Positions 1-10,698 of a stretch of DNA of 64,000 bases are shown piece after piece. Positions within the stretch are counted from its first letter, which is position 1. Each line of letters opens with the position of its first letter. Source of the stretch: a virus; UHGV virus genome UHGV-2031204. One strand, 5' to 3'. The position numbers and the translations under genes were made by a program. Below the pieces are notes generated by a model. It was given only the letters and a program-made list of their open reading frames with translations, made no database searches and was not told the DNA's origin.

Positions 1-2
1 CC

Positions 3-1997
3 ATTGAACAACACCAAATAACGGTTATTGTCAGAACCCAGACAAATAATCGCTTCCTGACCACCGATCAATATAGCTTTTAAGGTCACTCCAGGATATT
101 TACTCATCCCAACAGGATGGTATTTCACCGAAGTTTGCTGAGGGTTCACAAACACATTCGACGTATTGATATCAGCATAACCGTAGTAAATCGCCTCTGT
201 ACCAGGTACACCATTAGAAGCATTACGTAACGAATAAACTTTACCTTGTTGGAATCCTACGACACCTTTCTGATAAGACTGATTCTTTGTAAAACCTGAA
301 TAATTACCGAGTGCCGGGATGGGTAAGAAGTTTTTGTTACCGAACTTCGCCCCACCGACAGTCCACGCAGGTAAGATGGTATTCAGTTTATCGGAAACCT
401 TCTTGATCTCTTTTGCGAACAACCACCCTTGACGCGACGTGACAGCTTTGTCGTTCGTGGCATCAATCGCATCCCACAGCTGTAAAATACCATCTACAGT
501 CGCACTACCAATCGGGACATTATCCAAATCGGCGGTAGTGTGCGTGTGCTCCTTCACACTTTTATTTTTCAGCACGTTCGCTAACGCTTTTGTTACCGGT
601 TTAGCGATCGGCATGGTGTTATCCATCTTATCGATACCGAAATCGGTTTTCGTTAAGGTTAACACCATTTTATCGCCCGTCTTAACAAACCCTTTACCGT
701 TAACCGTGTAGTCATCGTCAACGTACAAGTCTAACCGGTCTTTTAATTCGGTCACCGCCTTTTGGGAAATAGCAGTGCCTAGTGCTACGGAGGTTGCGAT
801 ATTCGTAATCGAAAACACCCCATAAACCGACTCGGTTGCTGTGGGAATATTCGCGTTCAACGTTAGCGGGTTAGACTGCTTCGCTGTACCGTATGGTTTT
901 ACGGTGTCTGATGGTTTGAAATAGGCATTTGCTTCAAGTAACGTTACAGACGTCAGGTACATGTTCACCATTTCTGGTGTAACCAAATACACGGAGTTGT
1001 AAACCGGGGCTAATACATCTTGTTCTGTCCCAGAGTGTACCCAAAGCGTATTCAGGCCCGCACTAAATTCAACCGCCAAACCCGATTCGTTGTTGTCCTG
1101 GTCCGCTTTAATCACTAACGGTTGTGGTGAGGTAATTAACCACTTATCACCACGGATACTGATAATGTGCCCGCCTGCGGTTTTAAACGTCAGTTCGTTA
1201 CCATTCGTGCTCCCCCATCGACCGTAAACAGTACCGAGGGCTTCACCCATTAACTGATCGACGTCTGACTGCTCAATGCCCGCCGAACCCATCAGCGTAG
1301 CCAATTCGTCAATCGTCAGTCCAAACGCTTTTGTCGCGTCAACAGCACGTCCTAAGACTGGAAGGGCACCAACGTCAGTGGTCGTATACTGGTGTGCGTT
1401 AGGATTAAGGTGGTGTTGGTATAACCCCTCGTCGAAAACCTTTTTACCGTTCTCGTAAATCAGGTTAGTGACTTCGGTAAACGCTGCATCTAACTCTGTT
1501 GAACGTTGAACGATTTTCTTACGGATGTCGTTTAACGCTTTAACAACCTCATCCCTCAGAATAGCTTCTTCTAAGTTAGCAGGAGGATCGATGGGTTGAA
1601 TAACTGGCGCATACGCCATTAACTCTGACCAGTCCACGTTACGTGGGTCTTTCAGGTCAGTACGAACTAAGAACTTTCCGATTTCAGATTGTGGTACACG
1701 ATACTGGCGTGCTACCCCTAAAATCTCATATTCGATTTCTGTTGCGGTCAGCAACATGAACCCGCCGTAGATCTGATCTTGCTCAGCTTCTGCGAGTTCT
1801 TTAAAGTAATAGCCTAAATAGTAGTCCAACCCCTCAATCAGAGTACGACGTCCGTTAGGCGCGGTATCGTCGGCTACTGTGAGTTTTAATCCGATACGAT
1901 AAAAAGGTCCTTCAGGCGGAATGACCACATTAAATCGGTTAGGGTACGTCGCTGTGCTTAACGTACCGTTAAACTGCGCCGCGTCTTCTCTCGGCAT
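3..1997 (-). CDS. tail fiber-like protein, partial (N-terminal ~665 aa; C-terminus beyond window start)
   Basis: Minus-strand ATG at 1997..1995 with AGGAG RBS (rev-comp of 2006..2010); frame stays open to position 1 by hand translation (absent from ORF track because no stop in window); begins MPREDAAQFNGTLS; contains fiber-type motif ATESVYGVFSITNIATSVALGTAISQKAVT; same strand as two following fiber genes. Confidence 0.55.
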   Translation of the reverse strand, partial: MPREDAAQFNGTLSTATYPNRFNVVIPPEGPFYRIGLKLTVADDTAPNGRRTLIEGLDYYLGYYFKELAEAEQDQIYGGFMLLTATEIEYEILGVARQYRVPQSEIGKFLVRTDLKDPRNVDWSELMAYAPVIQPIDPPANLEEAILRDEVVKALNDIRKKIVQRSTELDAAFTEVTNLIYENGKKVFDEGLYQHHLNPNAHQYTTTDVGALPVLGRAVDATKAFGLTIDELATLMGSAGIEQSDVDQLMGEALGTVYGRWGSTNGNELTFKTAGGHIISIRGDKWLITSPQPLVIKADQDNNESGLAVEFSAGLNTLWVHSGTEQDVLAPVYNSVYLVTPEMVNMYLTSVTLLEANAYFKPSDTVKPYGTAKQSNPLTLNANIPTATESVYGVFSITNIATSVALGTAISQKAVTELKDRLDLYVDDDYTVNGKGFVKTGDKMVLTLTKTDFGIDKMDNTMPIAKPVTKALANVLKNKSVKEHTHTTADLDNVPIGSATVDGILQLWDAIDATNDKAVTSRQGWLFAKEIKKVSDKLNTILPAWTVGGAKFGNKNFLPIPALGNYSGFTKNQSYQKGVVGFQQGKVYSLRNASNGVPGTEAIYYGYADINTSNVFVNPQQTSVKYHPVGMSKYPGVTLKAILIGGQEAIICLGSDNNRYLVLFN

Positions 1998-2091
1998 CGT
2001 AAAGACTCCTACTTTTAAATAAAATGGATACCCCTCCCCATTACAGGGAGGGGTTACCTACGGACACACAACTGCCCGCAGGCAGCCTGTC

Positions 2092-5000
2092 CTAAGTACG
2101 ATCCCCTAACTGCTTCCCGTTAAGTTCTCGTTTCAGTACAGCCAAAATCCACTTCCACGCTTTACTCGTGATGTGGTACGGATTGCGTTTCTCCATTAAG
2201 AACTGACTTTCGCCGCTACGGAGTTCGAAGCTCTGCGCATTGAGTTGGTCTTGACGAACACCGTTCTCGTCAGTGACATCTAACGAACAGGTAAAGTTAA
2301 GCTCGTAGCCTTCAGGATTATTACCCGGTGGTTCTAAGACAATATAAATGTCCTGCCCTACACGTTGGTCCTTTGGCGTAAGGGTAACTGCTTTACCTGT
2401 GTCCGCGTTGGTCGAAAGCGCAAACGGTACGCTATCGATAGCTGATACATACGCGTCCTTCCCAGCATCACCGATAATCACCTTACCCGGCCAGTTACAC
2501 TTCACCGTTCCTGTCACTTTTGCAACACGGTACTGCTGTTTATCAGCACCTTGTGCAAAGCGTAAAATGAGTTTATGCCGATACCGGTTTGCGGCAACTT
2601 TGGATGTACTCCACTCATTGTTCCAGGAGGCATGAAGTTCACCTTTCTTGGCCATCAAAGCACCACGAGACAGCTTACGTGGGAAGAATTGTGCCGGAAG
2701 TTGCCCTTCGTGGGAAATCGCTACACTCCCTTGTCCGGTTGGAAGTGCTATTGTTTCCGTAGGGCAATAATTTAACTCGTACACGTGTGTTGTAGGATCG
2801 ATCAATTTCTGATAGTAATCACCGTCCTTACTGTCCGCTAACCAACCAACGGAAGAATCCGTATACGATTCAAACAGTGAACGTAAATAGTGATACTTAT
2901 CGATATCGATGTTGCCCGTTTTTGGATCGATCAGTGCATGGTTAATAGTGAGGAAACACTTCTCACTCAAACCATTAAACGCCAGCCCCACACCGTCACC
3001 GGTAAAATAGTCTACCAGGTCAAATGGAAGCGTCATTTCTATTTGTCGCAGGTTGATAGTCGTTGAACCAAACTGCGAAAAAGATAGCGCTAAACGAAGT
3101 ACACGAGTATTAACATTATAACGATAACGAATCATCCCACGCGGCGCATGGTTCGCGGAGATCTTATCACCGTTTGCACCCCACCCAATTAAATCGAGTA
3201 TTTCGGCGTTTGCTACTTCACCATTAAACAAAACGTCTTTAGTCGTGACTTCAACTGACGTTTCCCTTCCGGCATCCATCAACATCGAACCGTTATTCAA
3301 CTCGAAGCTCTTGTGCCAAACTTCAGAAGTCGAACCAGCACCTACACCCACCTTACAAGTTTTACTAGTAAGGTTAATACGCACATAACGGCGTCCCACT
3401 GTACCGCCCTGCGAGCTTGCACACAAAATAAGATCAGGTGCCGCAGACAGTGCCTTGGTCCCTCCAATGTCATCAACATCGAAAACGAATGAACCTTCGA
3501 ACGTTGGTGCGTTATTTTCCTTCGGGTTAAATGGCGTAAACCAACAATAAGGCGTCGCGCCCTCGGTTGAGAAAATCAACTCTAAGTCAGATTTAACATT
3601 TAATCCGTGGGAATAAGAAAAAAGACCGCGACTTAAGGTACAGAGCGTTCCACCGCTTCCGCTACCTAACGTTTTTCGATATATTAAAGCGCGGGGTTCT
3701 GGGATAGCACGGTTTAATAACGGCAACCGTGGGTTATCCGTTAACGCCCAGTCTACAGAACTGAGTCCGTGCGCTTTGCGTGTGTCAATATGTTCACTAA
3801 CCTCGGTACTTTTCCCGAAATCAAACGTGGTTTCAAAACTCACGGTTTTATTCGAGTAAGATTCACCGGCAACAATATCAACGTAGCCAATATATCCGCG
3901 CTCAGGGTCAACTGCAATACTCTGAATTGGCTCAGTACGCGAATACAGAGAGCCTGTGAGCATGTTAACGTACAGATAATGACGAATGCCTACGTGTGTT
4001 GTAACGAACTCTTGGAGAAGCTCTACGTGCGTTTCAGGACCACTGAAATAAACGGGGTAGTCACCGTCGTAAATTTCGAATTGCACCGCTGCGGATTTAG
4101 CCGTGTCGCTACACTCAGCTTTAACCGCTACGGTGTAGTTTTCAACGTCTGCTGATGTTTCATACACTGCAACAAGCGGAGACTGGCCTGTGGCTGCCTG
4201 GATACCGTTAATGTAAACTGTAACCGGGCCACCCCCTGCGGCATAAACCCAAAGCTTCGGCTGGCGTGCTCTTACCCGCGTTTTTGCCAACACAGTAACA
4301 ACTGACTGGTCACCCATCTGTGAGGCAGTTTTACCTACCGGAACAGATTGGAAACCCATTAGTGGTGGTTCTTCAATACCTGTCCAGCTAATGCCCTTAC
4401 CAGCACTCACTTTCCCCGTAGGCCAAGTCGTCTCAATTTGGTTGTTCGGTGAGAACCAGTTAAACATCGGTGTAGTTTGCAGGTCAATCGAACCTGTAAC
4501 GGCGCTATCAGCTTTCGCGCCGTTCAGCAAATAGAAATATTTCAAATCTTGAACGGAGATTGCCGTACCCTGGCTATTAAAGCGCCAGTCTGCGCCTTTT
4601 ACCGCAGCGAAATCCGTTACCGACCCTTCTTTCGCGTTTGCAATCGCCGCAGCAACCACATCTAAACGCGCCGAAAGTTCTTTTAAAATGTTCGGCACCA
4701 CTGCACGGTTTTCAACCAAACCGTTCTGGTTAGTTGCGTAACGACCGATACCGTAAACGGATTGCGAGGCTTTATAAATGCCTAGTTCCGACCAATCGTG
4801 GTGGTGGCCTGCATCCGCTAAGCCGCTAAGTGCCGCATTTAACTCGGTAGACAACGGCTTGTCAACGTCTGCGGTGTTATCCGCTTGCCCTAACCCCAGA
4901 TCAGCTTTCGTGATTGTCCTGGAGCCGTCGTTCATCGGCTTACCGTTAATCATGGTCGTTTTAGCCACATACCCCGATAGGTCGGTCGAGTATGGTGCTA

Positions 5001-6294
5001 ACGAAGCCGGAGTTGCAGCAACCCCAGTCGTTTCTGTACCTTTACCTGTTTTAAGTTTAGCGACGCCTTTTTCGGCGGTTGTCGCTTTTGTTGGGTCGAT
5101 AGTCCCCACGATAGGGTCGGCGCGAGAACCTTTACCGGTAAAGCTAATCCCATTACGGCCTTCAATGTACACCTTCGAGTCATCAGGGTCGCCACCGCCA
5201 CCAGAACCCGCATCTGGATCTTGTTGGTATTCCATCAATGTCGTGGTAGTCAGTAACGGGTTACCGTTCAGGGTGAGTTTGTTCATCCCTAAAGCATCGC
5301 CTGTTGACTCGATGCGTAATGTGTTTTTACCGGCACGCCAATTAATGTAACGTCCTGCACCTGTGCCTTCCAGATGTCCTACCGCTAATACCACAGAACC
5401 GTTGGATTTTAACGTAAAACCATCGTTGGCAAAAATGATTTCTGACTCACCGTTTTTCGAACGGAACTGTGCGCGGTTTCCTGACACCGTACAGTTAAAC
5501 ACGCCCCGTACTTCCGAAGAAATCCAGTGAGAGATATACGTGTCGATAACCGACTGCGGTAAACGAAACGCTTTCAGCTCATCCGTCAGTGCTTTCAACT
5601 TTAACCCGTACGCCATAAAGGTGTCGGGGGTTTTCAAGTTAACAGGATGCGCGTTAATCTGCGCGGATGTGGTTTCGTGCGGGTTCTTCGCTGCGATGTG
5701 TGCCGGGTAGTTAAATGCTTCGATTTCTTTACCCAACGCAGTCACTAACGCTTTAACTTCAGCTAATTTGTCTTTAATTAACTGGTTAGCGTCGTCGGTT
5801 TTCAATTCAATATCGTGAACTGCCGACGCTAAATATTTTTTGTTCAGCAAATCCGCCCAGGACGTTGCTGCTGGCGTCGCTGGATATAACGATGGTCTAC
5901 CGTCTAATAACAACCAGTCAGCACTGACTGGGTTATTCAAATATTTCACCAGTTCATCAAGAATATCAACGAACGGGTCGTAGAACGTACCACCGAGCAT
6001 TTGTCCTTCAAAGGTTACGATGCCTTTGATGGATGGGTTGATAAGGTGTACCCCACAATACACGTTGGCTGCTACCGAGTCATCCAGTTCCGTCAGCTGA
6101 TATTGCAGTTCGTAGTCCACCCCACGACTCAGTGGGGTGGTTGAACCTGGTTGTCTGACGACCAAATCTTCAAAGAACGGGCGGTGGTCTAAAATCACCA
6201 CCCGATCGTTGTTGTTCTCTGACCCGATGATACGCTCCTCTAAGAAGTGATTCTCGGCTTTCGTCCCCCGAGGATCGTAAGGATACGCTTTCAT
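2092..6294 (-). CDS. tail fiber protein (~1400 aa)
   Basis: Long ORF in track (2092..6297); likely ATG at 6294 with AAGGAG RBS 9 nt upstream; Gly-rich linkers (SGGGGDPDD), AATPASL fiber motif, beta-rich Thr/Ser/Gly/Asn composition. Confidence 0.7.
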   Translation of the reverse strand: MKAYPYDPRGTKAENHFLEERIIGSENNNDRVVILDHRPFFEDLVVRQPGSTTPLSRGVDYELQYQLTELDDSVAANVYCGVHLINPSIKGIVTFEGQMLGGTFYDPFVDILDELVKYLNNPVSADWLLLDGRPSLYPATPAATSWADLLNKKYLASAVHDIELKTDDANQLIKDKLAEVKALVTALGKEIEAFNYPAHIAAKNPHETTSAQINAHPVNLKTPDTFMAYGLKLKALTDELKAFRLPQSVIDTYISHWISSEVRGVFNCTVSGNRAQFRSKNGESEIIFANDGFTLKSNGSVVLAVGHLEGTGAGRYINWRAGKNTLRIESTGDALGMNKLTLNGNPLLTTTTLMEYQQDPDAGSGGGGDPDDSKVYIEGRNGISFTGKGSRADPIVGTIDPTKATTAEKGVAKLKTGKGTETTGVAATPASLAPYSTDLSGYVAKTTMINGKPMNDGSRTITKADLGLGQADNTADVDKPLSTELNAALSGLADAGHHHDWSELGIYKASQSVYGIGRYATNQNGLVENRAVVPNILKELSARLDVVAAAIANAKEGSVTDFAAVKGADWRFNSQGTAISVQDLKYFYLLNGAKADSAVTGSIDLQTTPMFNWFSPNNQIETTWPTGKVSAGKGISWTGIEEPPLMGFQSVPVGKTASQMGDQSVVTVLAKTRVRARQPKLWVYAAGGGPVTVYINGIQAATGQSPLVAVYETSADVENYTVAVKAECSDTAKSAAVQFEIYDGDYPVYFSGPETHVELLQEFVTTHVGIRHYLYVNMLTGSLYSRTEPIQSIAVDPERGYIGYVDIVAGESYSNKTVSFETTFDFGKSTEVSEHIDTRKAHGLSSVDWALTDNPRLPLLNRAIPEPRALIYRKTLGSGSGGTLCTLSRGLFSYSHGLNVKSDLELIFSTEGATPYCWFTPFNPKENNAPTFEGSFVFDVDDIGGTKALSAAPDLILCASSQGGTVGRRYVRINLTSKTCKVGVGAGSTSEVWHKSFELNNGSMLMDAGRETSVEVTTKDVLFNGEVANAEILDLIGWGANGDKISANHAPRGMIRYRYNVNTRVLRLALSFSQFGSTTINLRQIEMTLPFDLVDYFTGDGVGLAFNGLSEKCFLTINHALIDPKTGNIDIDKYHYLRSLFESYTDSSVGWLADSKDGDYYQKLIDPTTHVYELNYCPTETIALPTGQGSVAISHEGQLPAQFFPRKLSRGALMAKKGELHASWNNEWSTSKVAANRYRHKLILRFAQGADKQQYRVAKVTGTVKCNWPGKVIIGDAGKDAYVSAIDSVPFALSTNADTGKAVTLTPKDQRVGQDIYIVLEPPGNNPEGYELNFTCSLDVTDENGVRQDQLNAQSFELRSGESQFLMEKRNPYHITSKAWKWILAVLKRELNGKQLGDRT

Positions 6295-6307
6295 CAAAAA
6301 AATCTCC

Positions 6308-9300
6308 TTAATCGCGAATGATTACCGCCTGCACTTTATTGTTGGTGTCGATAAACGACATTACGCGCTCCTTGTTAAGATAAGGAGGTATCGGTAACGC
6401 AGCGTAATCCGCCAGGTTGTTATTAAATTCAGTTGCCACTAACGCATTAAGCGTTTCGGGGTCTGAACTGACACCGGTCAAATCCATAACGCGCACACGA
6501 TTTAATGAGGAATAGTTGCTAATATAGTCTAACAACGTACCATAGACTTTATTCGCGGTTGCGCTATCTGCCGTAGAACGGATGTTGGCACGAACCTCAT
6601 CCTCATAAAGTCCCCCTAAACCGTAGTAAATAGGGGTATACGGATCGTTAACGATAGGTGCGATATTGAACCCTGTTAAACGGTCAGTTAGAGGGATTTT
6701 CTGCGTAGCTCCCCCTGCTGCCGTGCAGCTTACGTATTTATCTGTCGCAGATAAAAACACCACGATGGTATACGTAGTGCCCGCTAAGGTCAATGTTGCG
6801 TTAAACGTTATTGCGTTATTTGCAGCACGGGTGTGGGTAAACGTTACGTCAGGTTGTAACGTATTCCACGGCGCAGGCGTAACACGCTTCGTTGGTGTGA
6901 AACCTAACACTACCGATTTCCCGCTACCGAAGTTCAAACCGAACCCTGCGTAACAATATTCACCGTTGCTGTCAGTTAAACGATAACCACGAGTGATAAG
7001 TAACGACAACCGCATAAACTCGCCGTCGGTGTTTTTCCAACAACCTAAAACAGTTTCTAACACCGTGCCAGTTTTTGCGTTGCTTTCTGTTTCCCAACTT
7101 ACCCGCATTCCTGCGTTCTTAAAAGCTGGGAACGTGTTGTGGATAAACCCGTGTAGGTTATCGCTTACTCCTTTCGCGTCAAAAATCCACTTGGATGCAA
7201 GCTGGTCGTATTTCACCCCGTCTAAAGCTTTATACTGCCCCCCGGCAACATAACGCCAATCTGCTTCACCGCGTACTACTGCCTGGAGTCCAGAAGCCCA
7301 GCAAGGCGCGCCTACCGTTAAGTTAGCTAACCCAAGCGCTGCACGTGACGCGGTGCGTTGAATGTGTGCGTTGTCATCGGCCTTATGATCTTTCAGTTCA
7401 CGGAAATCACCCAACCGTGTGACATTACGCATCTCCGTAACGAACACCTCAGAAATGTCGTTAACACCAATCAACCCTACACGCGTCATGGTATCCGTTT
7501 CAGCCTGACTGTAGCTGTCGTGGACAATATACTTCGCTTTGTTGTCAACAATATCAACAAAAATCCCTGCGTAGATTTCTGTATTCAATTTCGGAAAACG
7601 TTCACTGACGTTAATCGTCATCAACGGAACGTCGTATGTTTCACCACCGATAAAATACGTTGAAGCTGGAAGCGTGACCAGAATTTTGTCTTTGACCGTA
7701 AGGTCTATTAAGTCGTTACCAGACTCACCAAAACGTATAATGTCAAGACGTGCCTCCGAGTCAACACCGCTGACAGCGCGCTCCAATTTTTCAATCTGAG
7801 AAGTCTGCGCCATTACCACACTCCCATCGAGTGCTAAAGTCGCATCATCCACATCCAGACCAAATTTAATCAGACCACGTTTCGCGGTGGTTGCGTTTCC
7901 AGTACCAAAAGCGGTAAACGGGTGTTGGTGAACTTTAGGCGAGTATTTATCTAACTCCGCACGTTGTGCTGTAGAAATCGGTAAATCGACATCGGGCGTA
8001 TTCGCAACATTACCTAAACCAAAGGTAATCTTATCGATAGTAACCGAGCTGGTAAGTTGCATGTCGTTAATGTACGATTTAACTGCAACTAACTTACCGG
8101 TGAACTCCGCATCGAGTTTTTCAATCAGTGCTGGCGTTGCTGCAAGGTTTTCAGCGGTACCGAACTCATCGGTCAACTGCCAAGCTGCCAGAGTTGTTGT
8201 ATCGGTCGCGGTAGGAAGAATAAAGGTCGCTACGAACGGCGAGGCTTTTATCCCGCTACCGGTGATCGTAACCGTTGTTGTCGAGTTTGCGTAGAATAAA
8301 CCTGTACCACCTGCGGTATTGCCTGGCAGATACGGGGCTACGGTGGTGGGGTCTAAGAGTTTTTTACCACGCCACAACAATCCTCGGTCATCGGGGTATA
8401 GCACAAGCTGGTTAGTACCTGCTTGGAACGTTACGGGGTTGTTACCCACGTTAACATCAGTTGAACCTTGGCCAATAAACTTAATGGATTTCGGATCAAC
8501 AACAAACTGAGCGCCTAAACGTGTCTCGTCAACAACATCCGGTGCTTTCTTAATGGTAACCGTGTTACCTTTGTTTTGCGAACTAATGGTAACGGCGTCG
8601 GCAACATTATTGATCAGCGATTTAAAGTGGTGCTGATTCTCTAATGCTTCTAACGCAGCGTCCATGTTATTGAAGTTGATCCGACCGCTATACGTTTTAC
8701 TGTTTACGGTAATAACGACGTCAAACACATTCCCTGTACGCTTCAGTTGAAAACGTAGCGTAAAATCCCCATCCGGTATTGCCGGGTTAGGAGCTTGTGA
8801 AATATACCGAACTGCCGGTACCGGACTACCGTAACCGTGCAACGCCAGTTCGATAGTAAGAGTACCGGACCAGACTTCACCGGTAATCTCTACGTACTTA
8901 CCGGAGTTACTACCAGGATTTTCGTAGAAACGTAAACCAACCCTACCGACCGCTTCATTACCAGACGCTGTTTTACGTCCAGTAACAATAAAGTCAATAT
9001 CTTGCAGGTTGGCAGGCACCGCATTAAAGTTAGCACTGAAACCGCTTTTCGCTCCTGTATAACGAAGCGCACCGTGATATCTGTGACCACTACTAACATA
9101 GCTTTCGCTAAAATAAGGACTCACGTATTTCGACATCGAGACCGGATCAACTTCCGTCGTGAACGAAGTAAAACCCGGAAGTGTGGTAATCGTGCCGTTA
9201 ACGTTCTTGCTCGCCGATTCACGAAGCAGTTTTTTCTGTGCGGTTAACGTTGCTTGTGTTGGGTACTTAGCATTAACGTAATCCGTTAACTGCTGTTTCG

Positions 9301-10630
9301 TTTTCCCGTAAGCTAACGCGGCATCCGACGCAATACCATTCAGCTCTAACGCACGGATCGGACCCCACGTATCGGTGTGCGGGTTGTCCTTACGTGTAAC
9401 GTGTTCGTGTGCAGGCGCGTTACGATACAGCTGCTCAACTAACTGATGGTATTTAACTATTAACTGGTAAACATCGTTATCGACGTCAGGTTCTGGTGCG
9501 CCGGGTAAAGAACGAATTTGAATATAATCATTTTCGGCCGCATACCAGTTTAGATTAATGTTCGTTTTAAACTTCAACCATTTAGCAACATCCGTTTTCG
9601 AATACCCTGCCGAGAACTCATCAGGCGGCGTATCGACGTTGAATGTGTAATCCATGGTCTGTTTATTTGTTTTTACTACGATGACGTAAACACCGTTTCC
9701 GGGTTGACGGGTTACACTAAAATCGATATCGTTTTTTAACTCATCGTCAGTTAAACCGTTGATTAACGTATAATCGTAGTTTGTTGAACCGCTACCAATA
9801 GCGACCGTTAAGACCAGTGAGATTTTGCGCTGTTTTAGCTGCAGCCGTAGAATACTTGCACCGCCGTTAGCATAACAGAGCATCCAATCGATCTGTTCGT
9901 TTGGATTCAATTTCGTCATGTCTGGCAGAATAGCAGGAATTCTGTGTTTCACTGACAGGACGTAGTCGTTAAAGGTTGCAGTTTTATAACTCAAGCTATA
10001 ACGATGACGGGTAGTGTTGTAGGTGAAGCCACCTTTATTGTCGTATACGGCATACTGCTCGGAAGTGATAACCTTGCTATTAGCACGGTATTCCAAATCC
10101 AGGGTATTGCGTGCGATGGGGTTAAGCCGACTCACGACTTCCCCTAACGAATCGCCTAATCCAGCAATAGCCTGCATTAATTCCAGTTCACCTTTCCAAT
10201 TCTCCCAATCGAACTGGATATCAACCGGCGGAAAGTAAACGTCCCCGATGACGGTGTCCCACTGACACGCAGACGGGTATTTATCTTTATTGAGTTCGCG
10301 TTCTGCGGTAATCTGTTGTTGGGTAGCCTGACCGCAACCAACGGCGTGGTAATCTACCGTAAAATTCGATTTGTATTTGTCATTAACAATCCAAATCATC
10401 CCGTGAATGAGATAGGCTGTGCGCAACATACCGGTCTCGTACGGGTGTGTAATAATGTAATCGTCGCCTAAGGTCAGTGTTTTGCCGCCGCTCTTGACCA
10501 CCAGGGATGTGGTGAAAAAAGGGGCGTGGGCAGGTACCAACATTCGGTATTTCGTACCAATGACGGCGACCGCTTCACCGGTTATTTTATTCCCCGGTTT
10601 TTTGAAGTGTGGGTCTAAGACGACAGCCAT
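6308..10630 (-). CDS. tail fiber protein (1440 aa)
   Basis: Track ORF; AGGAG RBS 6 nt upstream of ATG (rev-comp of 10637..10641); LAATPALIEKL fiber motif; Thr/Gly/Ser/Asn-rich; stop overlaps RBS of next fiber gene. Confidence 0.7.
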   Translation of the reverse strand: MAVVLDPHFKKPGNKITGEAVAVIGTKYRMLVPAHAPFFTTSLVVKSGGKTLTLGDDYIITHPYETGMLRTAYLIHGMIWIVNDKYKSNFTVDYHAVGCGQATQQQITAERELNKDKYPSACQWDTVIGDVYFPPVDIQFDWENWKGELELMQAIAGLGDSLGEVVSRLNPIARNTLDLEYRANSKVITSEQYAVYDNKGGFTYNTTRHRYSLSYKTATFNDYVLSVKHRIPAILPDMTKLNPNEQIDWMLCYANGGASILRLQLKQRKISLVLTVAIGSGSTNYDYTLINGLTDDELKNDIDFSVTRQPGNGVYVIVVKTNKQTMDYTFNVDTPPDEFSAGYSKTDVAKWLKFKTNINLNWYAAENDYIQIRSLPGAPEPDVDNDVYQLIVKYHQLVEQLYRNAPAHEHVTRKDNPHTDTWGPIRALELNGIASDAALAYGKTKQQLTDYVNAKYPTQATLTAQKKLLRESASKNVNGTITTLPGFTSFTTEVDPVSMSKYVSPYFSESYVSSGHRYHGALRYTGAKSGFSANFNAVPANLQDIDFIVTGRKTASGNEAVGRVGLRFYENPGSNSGKYVEITGEVWSGTLTIELALHGYGSPVPAVRYISQAPNPAIPDGDFTLRFQLKRTGNVFDVVITVNSKTYSGRINFNNMDAALEALENQHHFKSLINNVADAVTISSQNKGNTVTIKKAPDVVDETRLGAQFVVDPKSIKFIGQGSTDVNVGNNPVTFQAGTNQLVLYPDDRGLLWRGKKLLDPTTVAPYLPGNTAGGTGLFYANSTTTVTITGSGIKASPFVATFILPTATDTTTLAAWQLTDEFGTAENLAATPALIEKLDAEFTGKLVAVKSYINDMQLTSSVTIDKITFGLGNVANTPDVDLPISTAQRAELDKYSPKVHQHPFTAFGTGNATTAKRGLIKFGLDVDDATLALDGSVVMAQTSQIEKLERAVSGVDSEARLDIIRFGESGNDLIDLTVKDKILVTLPASTYFIGGETYDVPLMTINVSERFPKLNTEIYAGIFVDIVDNKAKYIVHDSYSQAETDTMTRVGLIGVNDISEVFVTEMRNVTRLGDFRELKDHKADDNAHIQRTASRAALGLANLTVGAPCWASGLQAVVRGEADWRYVAGGQYKALDGVKYDQLASKWIFDAKGVSDNLHGFIHNTFPAFKNAGMRVSWETESNAKTGTVLETVLGCWKNTDGEFMRLSLLITRGYRLTDSNGEYCYAGFGLNFGSGKSVVLGFTPTKRVTPAPWNTLQPDVTFTHTRAANNAITFNATLTLAGTTYTIVVFLSATDKYVSCTAAGGATQKIPLTDRLTGFNIAPIVNDPYTPIYYGLGGLYEDEVRANIRSTADSATANKVYGTLLDYISNYSSLNRVRVMDLTGVSSDPETLNALVATEFNNNLADYAALPIPPYLNKERVMSFIDTNNKVQAVIIRD

Positions 10631-10698
10631 TCTCTACTCCTATAATCCGTGGGCGTCGAAGTTCATACTATGACTTGAATCTATAGAGGAAAAGAGCT

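Noticed and set aside
2348-5350. Plus-strand ORFs of 62-190 aa (2348..2635, 2575..2775, 3769..4155, 4477..4665, 4778..5350) inside the 1400-aa fiber gene
   Set aside because: Fully embedded antisense to a long, motif-supported minus-strand gene; no RBS; typical spurious antisense ORFs. The same reasoning applies to the many short opposite-strand ORFs inside 6308..10630, 21684..24188 and 57096..63953.
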